A stretch of 64,000 nucleotides of DNA from a virus: the IMG/VR virus record IMGVR_UViG_3300042874_000086, positions 1 through 64,000 of that record; one strand, given 5' to 3'. The notes beneath the pieces were generated by a model. The model did not search any database. It was not told where the DNA came from and worked only from the letters and a program-made list of their open reading frames with translations. The number at the start of each line of letters is the position of its first letter. The stretch's first letter is position 1. Positions 8,943 to 17,968 of the stretch are shown in pieces. The position numbers and the translations under genes are program-made.

Positions 8943-9181
8943 CCCTTTTTTATATTAACTGGTATGAGTTTTGACATACCTAAATCTTTATATCTTTTAA
9001 AAAATACAATAACATTTGACTCGTTAACCCACACTTTAGATAAAGTAACCAAAGAAGGGTCACTACAGTAAATAACTAAAGTATCATCTATGTAACTAGA
9101 CGCAACTTTAGTACACTCGCAAGTAGAATCTAAAGCTATTGTTAAGCACTCATTGCAGAGTACACATAGTTTTGCTATCAT
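8936..9181 (-). CDS. Hypothetical Cys-containing protein
   Basis: CVLC...CEC; coupled to neighbours. Confidence 0.65.
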   Translation of the reverse strand: MIAKLCVLCNECLTIALDSTCECTKVASSYIDDTLVIYCSDPSLVTLSKVWVNESNVIVFFKRYKDLGMSKLIPVNIKKGC

Positions 9182-9483
9182 GCAACCTTCAACTCTACGT
9201 CAAACACTTTTTGGAGTTTTTTTACAGTAAGGGAGTTAAGAAATGTCATAAACTCTGTATCTAGTTCTGTAATACGTTTAACCGCGGACTCTACGGAGGT
9301 CATGGCATTATTATATTTATCTGCATGTAGCAATTTTCGTAACTTAATTAAAGCTTGCGGGAGATTAGCATGGTACGTTACATCTTTAGCAATCTCAGTA
9401 CCTGCACTATTTTGTCCTAGCTTATATACCTTAAAATTAAGGTTATCTACTTTTTCTACGACGTAATTCTCATAAATTAACAT
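9178..9483 (-). CDS. Hypothetical protein
   Basis: 101-aa ORF with AGGA RBS. Confidence 0.75.
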   Translation of the reverse strand: MLIYENYVVEKVDNLNFKVYKLGQNSAGTEIAKDVTYHANLPQALIKLRKLLHADKYNNAMTSVESAVKRITELDTEFMTFLNSLTVKKLQKVFDVELKVA

Positions 9484-9527
9484 GGTGTATCCTATTTTTG
9501 TAATAACTAATTATATTTAGGTAATGC

Positions 9528-9926
9528 TTAAGATACGCTTACACGGTCTTTATTATGAAGTAATCTGTGACAGTTTGCACAAAGTAACATGCACTTCTCA
9601 ACTTCTTGCATGAATATATGAGGAGAGCGATTACTATTTTTAGATAGGCCGAAAGATTTTAGTTGGGGATTAATATGATGAAAGTCAAATACAACTGAGT
9701 TGGTGCCATCATATTGTAGACCACAATGGTTACATTTACCCCCTAAGTGGAGTATAGCATTATGAGTATTTTCTTTTCTTTTAGTTTTTTGGGAAGAACT
9801 CCTACATTTTCTACAGTAGGGGGAATGGTCTATACGTCCGTTGGGTTGTTTAGTAAAACAGCTTAGAGGGAGTTCCTCTAAACACTTTTTACAGACTTTA
9901 GTACTCACCCTTGACAACTCACACAT
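9528..9926 (-). CDS. HNH endonuclease (putative homing endonuclease)
   Basis: CKKC/CRKC, CNHC, FDFHH...LLCANCHRLLH. Confidence 0.88.
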   Translation of the reverse strand: MCELSRVSTKVCKKCLEELPLSCFTKQPNGRIDHSPYCRKCRSSSQKTKRKENTHNAILHLGGKCNHCGLQYDGTNSVVFDFHHINPQLKSFGLSKNSNRSPHIFMQEVEKCMLLCANCHRLLHNKDRVSVS

Positions 9927-12625
9927 TCTGACTTATCAATCTTATGCTTCATGGCCTTATTCTGGGATTGTATATAGTACAGCCCATGAATCCACTCATC
10001 TTTAAAGGCTATATCATGAATCCTAGCAATTTCTTCTTCGGTCTCATCTGCAGTAAAGAATAGATTTACTGATTGTCCTTGGTCGACGTTAGGCTGACGG
10101 TGAGAAGCCATTAGCAGGATAGACTCTTGGGGTATTTCAAAGGCAGTCCTAAATATATCTCGCTCGTGTTGAGTAAGCCATCCCTCCCCCTGAACAGACC
10201 CTTGGTCATCTGCTATACGCTTCATAACCTCCTCTGTGTATACCCCACGCTCTTTCATAATGTCTAACAGCACTGGGTTAATTCTATAAACAGTGCCCCC
10301 AGCGGTATCTTGCTCATACACATTAGCGAATACTGGCTGTATTCCCTCACTAACTCCCCACTGGATTACTGATGTGGACTTAGTGGGGGGTAGTGCAAGT
10401 CTATGAGAACAGCGTTCCCCAGTTCCTACCATCCATTCAGGCTCTCCCAACTCTCTTGCAAGTAACCTTGACGCTTCTAAAGTTTGCTCATTTAGCATTT
10501 TGAAAAGCGATTGATTAAACATAATAGATTGTAAATCACCAAACACCCAAGACTTCGTTTGGTAATAGGTAGATTGACCAAGAACTCCCAATCCTTGTGC
10601 ACGGGACTTCTCAGTAAATGCAATAACTCTTTCAAAACCACTTTCTTGTTTTGCTTTAATCAACATATCTGAAATTACTGCGTCTAAAAAGATAGTAGCA
10701 ATCTGTGGTGTTTTAGTACCAACCCACTCATCGTATTTTGCAATATTTAGAGAGGATAACACGCAAGTAAATGAATGATTTTCATCAGACATTAAAGCAA
10801 TCTCTGAACAGTTTCCAGTAAGTACTCCATTAAACATTAATTTATTAACTAAAGGCTCTGTGCCACAATAAGTAGGGGCTGATTTTCCCTCATCCTCAAC
10901 AGACACTACTTGTACAAACTGTCGAGCCTGTCTTTGGTACTCTCTCCTAGTTGGGACAACCCTTGATGTCTGCAACCCTAAGTCTAACAAAGTATTCAAC
11001 TCTGACCCAGCAATTAATAATCTATAAGTTTGTTTTGTCCAATACTGTTTATACTCCCCAGTACCATTATTTGTAGGTAACCAACTATATCCTGCGTCAG
11101 CTCCTTTCGATATAGTACTATGTACCCCCAACTCTTGTAGGAGAAGTAGAACTTCTTTAAGGAATGATAATTCAATACTGGCTACTTGAATACTCTCTGT
11201 TCCATTATTATTAGTCAAAGTACCATCTGCGTCTAAGTACCCAGATACCCATAGCAACCTATCCTCTACACAAAAGCTACTATTAGGGACAAAAAACTTA
11301 TCTTCTAGTATACCCGCAGGGTATTGTAGGTTTAGTATCCTGCCTTCTTTTGAGTAGCTTACGGAGTAAAACCCAGTAAATCTAGATACTAGTGTTTGTT
11401 TGTTATCGTGTAGTGATATCCTTGGTTTATTAGACTTTTTATATACTGTACCATCCCCCGAGTGAAACCCATTTACGTACGCAAGGGGTAACCTACTATT
11501 ACCATGAGTTATAGGCTCTAAAGAGAATTTAATTAGCTTGTCCCCAGGTACCAAGTCAATCGTACGTTTTTCTACCTGTTTACTATAACCGTCCATTATA
11601 TACCACTTATGGTAAGGGGTAGCCTCAATAGTAGTATAGTTACCCAAAGTAACTTTAATAACAGCCTGACATTCTGATGTTTTAAATAAATCAGTTAAAG
11701 ACCACTCTTTTCCATTCCAACACTCCAAAGACTCCCCAACCACTTGTTCAATATTTATATACCCATAGTTTTTTGTAAGAACTTTGGTATCTCCAGTTAC
11801 ACATAAGTTTGAGTGGCGTACTTTAAACCCCCTGTCTTTATACACTTTAGGTGCGTGTCTATTAACCTTATCTAAAAAGAAGAAGTAACCCTTACCTTTA
11901 GTTGCCTTAGTCTTTAACATACGCTCCCAAAGATAGTCAGCGTGGTCTGGGTCTCTATCAAATAAAGTCTCAAACTCATCCGTGATATTCCAACCAATAT
12001 TCCAACCCATATCATCAGCCACTAACTGGTCTACAAGCTCATCAAAGTCATCGTGTAGGGGGTTTAGGTACATACCACAACTTCCTCTACGTGAATTTCC
12101 TTGTGATACGTCCTCCATATCTCTTACTACCCCAGAAGCAAACTGCATGATACCATTTGCAGTCCCCCCTTTTGAAATAGGTGTCCCACGGGAGCGGATA
12201 GGGTCTAAACAAGTAGAGGTTCCGTAACCACGTTGAGTTAGCTGTGCCATCTCTTTTCTAGCTGTATAAAAAGACTCAATAGAGTCTCCAACGTAAGTAC
12301 CAGAGCAACTAATAGGATGTCCTCGGTTATTCCCCATATTTGTTAATACAGGAGTGGAGGGAGATAACCAACCATTCCACATCTCAGTAAAGAAACACTC
12401 CTCCCAACTACTATAACCAAAATCAGAGGGTATATTAAAGGTAGTTAACCCAGCCGCCCTTTTAGCAATACGTGTGTACATATCCTTAGGGGTTTCGGCT
12501 GTATCCAAGTAACTTTGATTAACCAGCATTTGGTAACCAGCTGTAGTCAGCCACTGGGGAGCTAATCCATCTTGTTGTAGTTGTTTTCTTTTATGAGATA
12601 ATCTCTCGTATTTTGTTTTACCCAT
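9905..12625 (-). CDS. nrdA: Ribonucleotide reductase class Ia alpha subunit with intein
   Basis: SPSTPVLTN, PISC, SNL/CSEI, PPTKSTS, DQGQSVN, LYY, C-terminal CVSCQG; likely start MGKTKY at 12625 overlapping the nrdB stop. Confidence 0.95.
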   Translation of the reverse strand: MGKTKYERLSHKRKQLQQDGLAPQWLTTAGYQMLVNQSYLDTAETPKDMYTRIAKRAAGLTTFNIPSDFGYSSWEECFFTEMWNGWLSPSTPVLTNMGNNRGHPISCSGTYVGDSIESFYTARKEMAQLTQRGYGTSTCLDPIRSRGTPISKGGTANGIMQFASGVVRDMEDVSQGNSRRGSCGMYLNPLHDDFDELVDQLVADDMGWNIGWNITDEFETLFDRDPDHADYLWERMLKTKATKGKGYFFFLDKVNRHAPKVYKDRGFKVRHSNLCVTGDTKVLTKNYGYINIEQVVGESLECWNGKEWSLTDLFKTSECQAVIKVTLGNYTTIEATPYHKWYIMDGYSKQVEKRTIDLVPGDKLIKFSLEPITHGNSRLPLAYVNGFHSGDGTVYKKSNKPRISLHDNKQTLVSRFTGFYSVSYSKEGRILNLQYPAGILEDKFFVPNSSFCVEDRLLWVSGYLDADGTLTNNNGTESIQVASIELSFLKEVLLLLQELGVHSTISKGADAGYSWLPTNNGTGEYKQYWTKQTYRLLIAGSELNTLLDLGLQTSRVVPTRREYQRQARQFVQVVSVEDEGKSAPTYCGTEPLVNKLMFNGVLTGNCSEIALMSDENHSFTCVLSSLNIAKYDEWVGTKTPQIATIFLDAVISDMLIKAKQESGFERVIAFTEKSRAQGLGVLGQSTYYQTKSWVFGDLQSIMFNQSLFKMLNEQTLEASRLLARELGEPEWMVGTGERCSHRLALPPTKSTSVIQWGVSEGIQPVFANVYEQDTAGGTVYRINPVLLDIMKERGVYTEEVMKRIADDQGSVQGEGWLTQHERDIFRTAFEIPQESILLMASHRQPNVDQGQSVNLFFTADETEEEIARIHDIAFKDEWIHGLYYIQSQNKAMKHKIDKSECVSCQG
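10811..11803 (-). mobile_element. Intein (331 aa) with LAGLIDADG endonuclease in NrdA
   Basis: SNL|CVTGDTKV...ATPYHKW...GFHSGDG...SGYLDADG...NGVLTGN|CSEI. Confidence 0.95.
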
Positions 12626-13629
12626 TATTTTACTCCTAGGAAAGGTTTTCTTGAAAATCCATCTAAAGACCACCCACGGCGATACTGGTTAGTACCACTA
12701 GCAAAAAAGTCATGTACTTTAATGGAGTTGGCTCCTTTATAGAACCAATCAGCTATTGGATTTTCTTTTATTTCATATAAAGGCTCCATACCAAGGTCAG
12801 ATAGAACTTGGTTAGCCCTAGACCTAATGAAATTTTTCAACTGAGAAGCAGTTATATCATTAATAGCTGCTTCCCCTGGGAATCCATAGTCAATTACGGA
12901 GTCTTCGTGGGCTACAATCTTCTCTGTTAATTTTCTTACTGCTTTTTCGTGCTCCACTAGGGGGAAACTTCCATATACTGTTGGGTACTCTTCAATATAA
13001 ACATTGTGTAAGTAAGTAGCGAAAACACCATGAATAACTTCATCATTTACTACATAGTCTACACCAGTTAGTGTATTAGGAATCATTTTATGACCATTAG
13101 CTTTAAAAGATTTCAACATAGCAAAATTACTAAATAAGAGTACTTGCTCAATTAAAGCTACGGTAGCTAAAGATAAAGGCTTATCCTTGTCCAAGTTACT
13201 CGTAATTTTGTTTAGGAAGTCTAACTTCTCTTTAAGAACTAATATAGTTTGTTGGTTTTTAGCAGTATCTTCTGGGTCTATATTAAGTACATCCGACATC
13301 TTTTGATAAAAGAAAGCGTGTACAGACTTTTCCATAGCAGCTATTTGTGTGCAAGCCCCGTCAATCTCTGAGTGAGGAAACCAGTTAGCTATACTACTCC
13401 ACACATCTCCTACTTTTTGTTCAATTTCTACAAACAACTGCAGAGTAAGTGTGATTAAGTGATAAGACTCTCTAGACATATTATGACGGTAGTCTTGTAT
13501 ATCATTCTCTACTTTAATTTCTTGAGCAAACCAGTTTATATCCTGTTGTTGTTCCATTAATTCTTTAGCAAATGGGTACAAATATAAACCGAACATACTA
13601 TTTGGAGTCTCTATAGGTAATTTAACCAT
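12625..13629 (-). CDS. nrdB: Ribonucleotide reductase beta subunit
   Basis: EKSVHAFFY, EQVLLFSNF, DEVIH, HDFF. Confidence 0.93.
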   Translation of the reverse strand: MVKLPIETPNSMFGLYLYPFAKELMEQQQDINWFAQEIKVENDIQDYRHNMSRESYHLITLTLQLFVEIEQKVGDVWSSIANWFPHSEIDGACTQIAAMEKSVHAFFYQKMSDVLNIDPEDTAKNQQTILVLKEKLDFLNKITSNLDKDKPLSLATVALIEQVLLFSNFAMLKSFKANGHKMIPNTLTGVDYVVNDEVIHGVFATYLHNVYIEEYPTVYGSFPLVEHEKAVRKLTEKIVAHEDSVIDYGFPGEAAINDITASQLKNFIRSRANQVLSDLGMEPLYEIKENPIADWFYKGANSIKVHDFFASGTNQYRRGWSLDGFSRKPFLGVK

Positions 13630-13677
13630 GTAATTAATCCTTATATTTTTATAATTATACAGTAAATAACCTTAATA

Positions 13678-13977
13678 CTACTTAAGTAAGGACTGTAGTA
13701 TTCCCTGTGTTATGTTATTGCTTGGTACCTTAAAAGTTGAAGTATCAAAGGCTTCAGGTTGGTAGGTTATATTATATATAAAAGTAGTCGCTGACTCCAT
13801 ATCAGGGAAGGTATCATCTATACATAAGATAGGCACTAATGAAGAGTCTCGTAAGATAATGGAGGTAACACTATTATCGTTATCTAAACTGAAATCCCAA
13901 CTTAAATTTTTATTAAAAACTAATGTTTTTACGTATAAAAACATTTCAGAATTATTCATTTTGTTCTTCCCATCCAT
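13678..13977 (-). CDS. Hypothetical protein
   Basis: ORF within the operon. Confidence 0.65.
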   Translation of the reverse strand: MDGKNKMNNSEMFLYVKTLVFNKNLSWDFSLDNDNSVTSIILRDSSLVPILCIDDTFPDMESATTFIYNITYQPEAFDTSTFKVPSNNITQGILQSLLK

Positions 13978-14198
13978 GAGGTTTTTCTCTCGGCTAACTT
14001 AATAAAATAGTTAGTAGAACCACCAAACCTATCTGTAATAAGCTCCTTAGAACACTCTACGTAAGTTCGTAGTTGTAAAATGTTATAAATAGCTTTATCG
14101 GTAAGTCCATAAGAATCCGAGAGGGTTGATTGAGAGCTACCAGAAAGGTAGTCTAAAATGATATTAGTAATATCTTTACATAGTAGCTCTCGTTTCAT
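13956..14198 (-). CDS. Small HTH-like protein
   Basis: SQSTLSDSYGLTDKAIYNIL helix-turn-helix pattern. Confidence 0.6.
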   Translation of the reverse strand: MKRELLCKDITNIILDYLSGSSQSTLSDSYGLTDKAIYNILQLRTYVECSKELITDRFGGSTNYFIKLAERKTSWMGRTK

Positions 14199-14201
14199 TA
14201 T

Positions 14202-14732
14202 TTATCTTTGAATGTCATCTGTAAAGTTATCAAGAAGCGCTTGTAGCTCTACCTCTGGTCCTACAAAACCTTCTGGTTTTTTTACTTTACCGTTCTCGTC
14301 CAAATCGTTACCTTTTTCATAGTTCTTTTTAGTAACTACCTCAAGTCCCTTAATAATTAAATCTGGAATTCCTTCCATACTACTAATGGGAAGTGCTTGT
14401 ACCAAATACTTAGAAAATACAATATACATATCAACAAAGTGTGATGAATATTTATTCATGAAAGCTAACATATCATCAGAGTCGTCGGCATGCTGCATCC
14501 ACTTTGTGTAAGTACCACATAATACAAAGGCATAGTCACATACGGCGTCTAACATATCAACCGCTGAGGTAGCTGATAAAAATTCATGGTACTCTTCTAT
14601 CAACATGTCCTGTTCTAGGTCTTTACTAAAATGCAAGTTGTTTCTGTCTAGATTCCACTGACGAATTTGTGGGTAAAACTGTAAAACAATAGCATCAACT
14701 AGTTGGTTTTTTTCCAAGATTGGTAACAACAT
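14202..14732 (-). CDS. MazG/PRA-PH-like NTP pyrophosphohydrolase
   Basis: EEYHEF...DAVCD...ENGKVKKPEGFVGPE. Confidence 0.85.
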   Translation of the reverse strand: MLLPILEKNQLVDAIVLQFYPQIRQWNLDRNNLHFSKDLEQDMLIEEYHEFLSATSAVDMLDAVCDYAFVLCGTYTKWMQHADDSDDMLAFMNKYSSHFVDMYIVFSKYLVQALPISSMEGIPDLIIKGLEVVTKKNYEKGNDLDENGKVKKPEGFVGPEVELQALLDNFTDDIQR

Positions 14733-14755
14733 ATCATCTCCTTCTTTTTCTTGTT

Positions 14756-14784
14756 ATTATATCAAAATAATAAATTAATGTCAA
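14756..14784 (-). promoter_or_regulatory. Sigma70-type promoter for the nucleotide-metabolism block
   Basis: TTGACA-17 bp-TATAAT on the minus strand. Confidence 0.85.
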
Positions 14785-14785
14785 G

Positions 14786-15046
14786 TTAAATACTAATATT
14801 TTTTAACCCAGTAAATTCTTTTGAGTCATACAACTCTCTTTGTACCCAAATAACTAAAGGAACCTCCTTAGTAAAGTCTTTCATGGCCTTCTTATTCCTA
14901 CGTAGCCCCATATTAGAACGTATTTTTCTTATGGAGACACCATTAGTACTACCAAGTATTTCCGCTAAGGCATTATCTGATAAATACAAGTAATTTTCTC
15001 TGAGAAAGCTTTTTTCAGCCTCTGAAAAGGGAGGTCTAATAATCAA
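14786..15046 (-). CDS. Small HTH/Myb-like DNA-binding protein
   Basis: FSEAEKSFLRENY..LSDNALAEILG..SIRKIRSNMGL. Confidence 0.7.
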   Translation of the reverse strand: MIIRPPFSEAEKSFLRENYLYLSDNALAEILGSTNGVSIRKIRSNMGLRRNKKAMKDFTKEVPLVIWVQRELYDSKEFTGLKNISI

Positions 15047-15498
15047 TTACGTATCTCCTTAAATTTCCACGTTAATATTTTATTATTATGTAATACACGT
15101 ATCCTCTCTTTATACCCAGTATTTAATTGTAAATCTCTAAATATTAATGTATCAAACATTGTATTTAACTTATCAACAGGTTTTATTTCAGAAGCTATAC
15201 CAACACCTTCCGGTATTTTAGAACATAAGTACTTGAACTCTTTTTCTAACTCATAAAAAGGCACTATTATAAATGTTCTTCCTTTGAATATTAATGTAAA
15301 TTGTTTAACAGCAAACTCCGGTATAAACTGACTCTTATACCTTAAGGTCATCTCCTCATATAGAGGTTTTAGGGCTAGAATAGTAGCTGTAGTGAGGTAT
15401 ACAGGGGTTAACCTCTTTTTATCTTTTTCAGATAGTCCTAGGGCTTCTATTTTATCTTTAATGGGATTAACTTCGTACCATTCATCAAAATTCAACAT
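15043..15498 (-). CDS. Hypothetical protein
   Basis: 151-aa ORF with AAGGA RBS. Confidence 0.75.
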   Translation of the reverse strand: MLNFDEWYEVNPIKDKIEALGLSEKDKKRLTPVYLTTATILALKPLYEEMTLRYKSQFIPEFAVKQFTLIFKGRTFIIVPFYELEKEFKYLCSKIPEGVGIASEIKPVDKLNTMFDTLIFRDLQLNTGYKERIRVLHNNKILTWKFKEIRN

Positions 15499-15502
15499 AC
15501 TT

Positions 15503-16894
15503 TTATCCTTTATTTTTAATCACTTGAATCGATAAATCTTTATTCATTTCCCACGTATATACCATGTACCTTAAAGTAGATAAAGCAAGGTCAAAGTGTT
15601 TATGGCGTTTTGTTCGTTGTACTTCTTTAGTCTTAGGGTTCTTCCATGACATATTTTTAATCTCACTAATAAGCTCTTTACAGTTGTCTAAAATAAATAA
15701 CTTACCATGGTAGAACATAGCATTAACTTTATCCACACCTTCATCAATCCTATTCATTGCGGGATTAGTATAATAGTTATAACTTGTAGCCATATCATGA
15801 ATTAGCTGGGCAGCAGAAGGGTCAGTGTACCGCATAGTAACATTATTGCTACTAAAGTATTCTAACTCTTTACTTTTAAAGTTATGTACGTGTTGTGCTA
15901 GCGCTAACTGTTCTTCAATATACTCCCCAACAATATTGATGTTACCAGTAAGTGCCTCTACAACTCCCAATAACTGCCCAGTGTTATCAGAGAACCCAAA
16001 GTCAATGGCTACTAATTTAGCTTTGCCATTATTTAGAATATCTGGTAATGCTGAAGCTGGTTTAATATTACGTTCTGGGTCAAATGAGTAGTAAACTAAA
16101 GAGTCCCTTAACGATTGCCAAATACCCCTATACTCCATATCAAAGGTTTTCTTAGGGAGTGTTTGTTCCTTCTTAAGTAAATAATCCTTTGGGATATATG
16201 GGTTTGCTGATGTTGGGAAATTGAATGAGATATACCCCGGGGTATTAAGCTCACCACGTTCGTATGGGATATAAAAGTCATTATCAAAGTCACGTACAGT
16301 ACCAATAAACATAGTTTTAGAAAACATAAAACCATCTTCTTGAAGACCATAGTCAGATTGTGCAGGTCCAATTTTATTCTCCCAGATTTCCATGAGGTCA
16401 TTAATATCCTGAGACTCGTCGAAGATTACTAGTGAGTATTTAAACCCTAGGACGTTTGCAATAGACTTTGGGGTAGCACAAATGATGGTCTGCCCATACT
16501 CTAAAGTAAATGTAAGTAATTTAATGTCCTTACTCTTAATTTTAAGGCCTTGTTTTATGATAGCAAGCTCAACTTTGTCATAAATTGCTTTAGCATTTGC
16601 AAAGGTAGGCGTTACAAGTAACACACGTGCCTGTGGAATCAATAACTCAGTGGAGGCAATGGTAGACATCACCTCGGACTTTCCGAAGCGCCTACCGCAA
16701 GCTAGGGTTAGTACATCAAACATTCTGTTGGCTACAACATCCATTACTTCAGACTGTGCTGGGTGTGGTTTAAATTTTAACGCCTTAGAGGCGGCGGAGT
16801 AATCAATCTTAGTTATAACTGATTGATATAACTCAACATCAGCAGTAACTAAGTTATCAAATAACTCTTCCGATAAACTATTATCTTCTATCAT
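15503..16894 (-). CDS. terL: Terminase large subunit
   Basis: PHPAQ, GRRFGKS Walker A, IFDE Walker B, AIDFG nuclease motif, DPSAA. Confidence 0.95.
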   Translation of the reverse strand: MIEDNSLSEELFDNLVTADVELYQSVITKIDYSAASKALKFKPHPAQSEVMDVVANRMFDVLTLACGRRFGKSEVMSTIASTELLIPQARVLLVTPTFANAKAIYDKVELAIIKQGLKIKSKDIKLLTFTLEYGQTIICATPKSIANVLGFKYSLVIFDESQDINDLMEIWENKIGPAQSDYGLQEDGFMFSKTMFIGTVRDFDNDFYIPYERGELNTPGYISFNFPTSANPYIPKDYLLKKEQTLPKKTFDMEYRGIWQSLRDSLVYYSFDPERNIKPASALPDILNNGKAKLVAIDFGFSDNTGQLLGVVEALTGNINIVGEYIEEQLALAQHVHNFKSKELEYFSSNNVTMRYTDPSAAQLIHDMATSYNYYTNPAMNRIDEGVDKVNAMFYHGKLFILDNCKELISEIKNMSWKNPKTKEVQRTKRHKHFDLALSTLRYMVYTWEMNKDLSIQVIKNKG

Positions 16895-17385
16895 TTTTTA
16901 ACAATCTGTTGCAGTAGAGTAATATAAGTATCTTCATTAGTTCCAAGTTCTTTCTTCTCACGCTCTTTAAGCATAGAGTCTTGAATCATAATAAGGTCTA
17001 CTAAATCTTTCTTAGTAGCTTGAGCATAATCCCCGGCTAAGTCGTTCTCAATAGCATCAATTTTAGCTTTTATAACCTTGTCAAGAAGGCTGATACGGTA
17101 CTCTTTGGTCATATCGTATTGGGTACTTACAAGCTCTTGAATAAATGATTTAATATAATCCTTTGATAGAATACGCTTAACCTGCCCTACACTGATACCT
17201 AAGTATGTAGCAATACCAGTGCGGGTCTTACTATCTGCATAAAGCTCACATATAGCCCTCTCAAGTAAACTTAGGGGCTTACTTGGTAGTACTCCATCAG
17301 TAAATACAAGTTCCATTGATAATTTAGATTCTACTTCTGGGCTTAACTCATCAGGTATAGTAAGGCTATTTAATAAATCTTCCAT
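16891..17385 (-). CDS. Putative terminase small subunit
   Basis: HTH (IATYLGISVGQVKRIL); directly upstream of and overlapping terL. Confidence 0.7.
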   Translation of the reverse strand: MEDLLNSLTIPDELSPEVESKLSMELVFTDGVLPSKPLSLLERAICELYADSKTRTGIATYLGISVGQVKRILSKDYIKSFIQELVSTQYDMTKEYRISLLDKVIKAKIDAIENDLAGDYAQATKKDLVDLIMIQDSMLKEREKKELGTNEDTYITLLQQIVKK

Positions 17386-17386
17386 A

Positions 17387-17635
17387 TTAAACCCTATTTA
17401 ATTTATGTGTATATTCTGTAAATACATTCTCGTGCATAAAAGTAGCAAGCTCTGTAAACTCTTTAGGAGAAAGTTCTGGAATATTTTCAGCAAACTCTAA
17501 ACATACCTCACACCTAGTTGAAGTAACTACTCCGTCCTTAAGTGTAAAGGGTCTACCACAAACACACTCTAAAGTAACAAGCGGTCCCTCAATTGAGATA
17601 ATGGTATTAATTGGGGTATTCTTTAATTCTATCAA
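17387..17635 (-). CDS. Small Zn-ribbon protein
   Basis: CVC...CEVC; AGGAGA RBS with TTG start. Confidence 0.65.
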   Translation of the reverse strand: MIELKNTPINTIISIEGPLVTLECVCGRPFTLKDGVVTSTRCEVCLEFAENIPELSPKEFTELATFMHENVFTEYTHKLNRV

Positions 17636-17766
17636 TTTTAATCTCCTGTGTTTCTCTATACTATTATCGTAGCTAGAGAAAAAGTTTTAATGTTTTTGAC
17701 TCTATTAGTAGTAAATAATTAAATATCTTCTCTATAGTAATAATAGGTAAGTTAAGGTTCCTAAAA

Positions 17767-17883
17767 GGAGTAAACAAGTGATAGGTCTTGGGACAAGGTG
17801 TTTTTGACGTATTTATTATAGTTTATTAGTATATTTTCTACGTCAAAAACACCTTGTCCCAAGACCTATCACTTGTTTACTCC
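17767..17883. repeat. Perfect 45-bp inverted repeat with 27-bp AT-rich loop
   Basis: ggagtaaacaagtgataggtcttgggacaaggtgtttttgacgta (17767-17811) and its exact reverse complement (17839-17883). Confidence 0.97.
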
Positions 17884-17884
17884 A

Positions 17885-17913
17885 TTGACTTATTTTAATA
17901 AACCTGCTATAAT
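17885..17913 (+). promoter_or_regulatory. Sigma70-type promoter upstream of portal
   Basis: TTGACT-17 bp-TATAAT with extended -10 TG, abutting the inverted repeat. Confidence 0.75.
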
Positions 17914-17933
17914 ATATACTAATTAAAGAATAT

Positions 17934-17941
17934 ACGATTAT
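17934..17941 (+). promoter_or_regulatory. ACGATWAT late-promoter motif (also + 19323, 23848, 26059, 37772, 41036, 44191, 60133; - 5187, 17663, 53842)
   Basis: Same octamer 22-43 nt upstream of at least 11 start codons, on the coding strand. Confidence 0.8.
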
Positions 17942-17968
17942 TAAGTAATAAATGAAATTGGAGACCTT

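Noticed and set aside
12626-12673. N-terminal extension of NrdA in the ORF track
   Set aside because: It overlaps nrdB; AGGAG RBS and TAATG coupling point to the start at 12625
17767-17883. Protelomerase telRL site or simple terminator
   Set aside because: The arms are separated by a 27-bp non-palindromic loop and no protelomerase is in the window. It lies between divergent genes, so nothing needs terminating there
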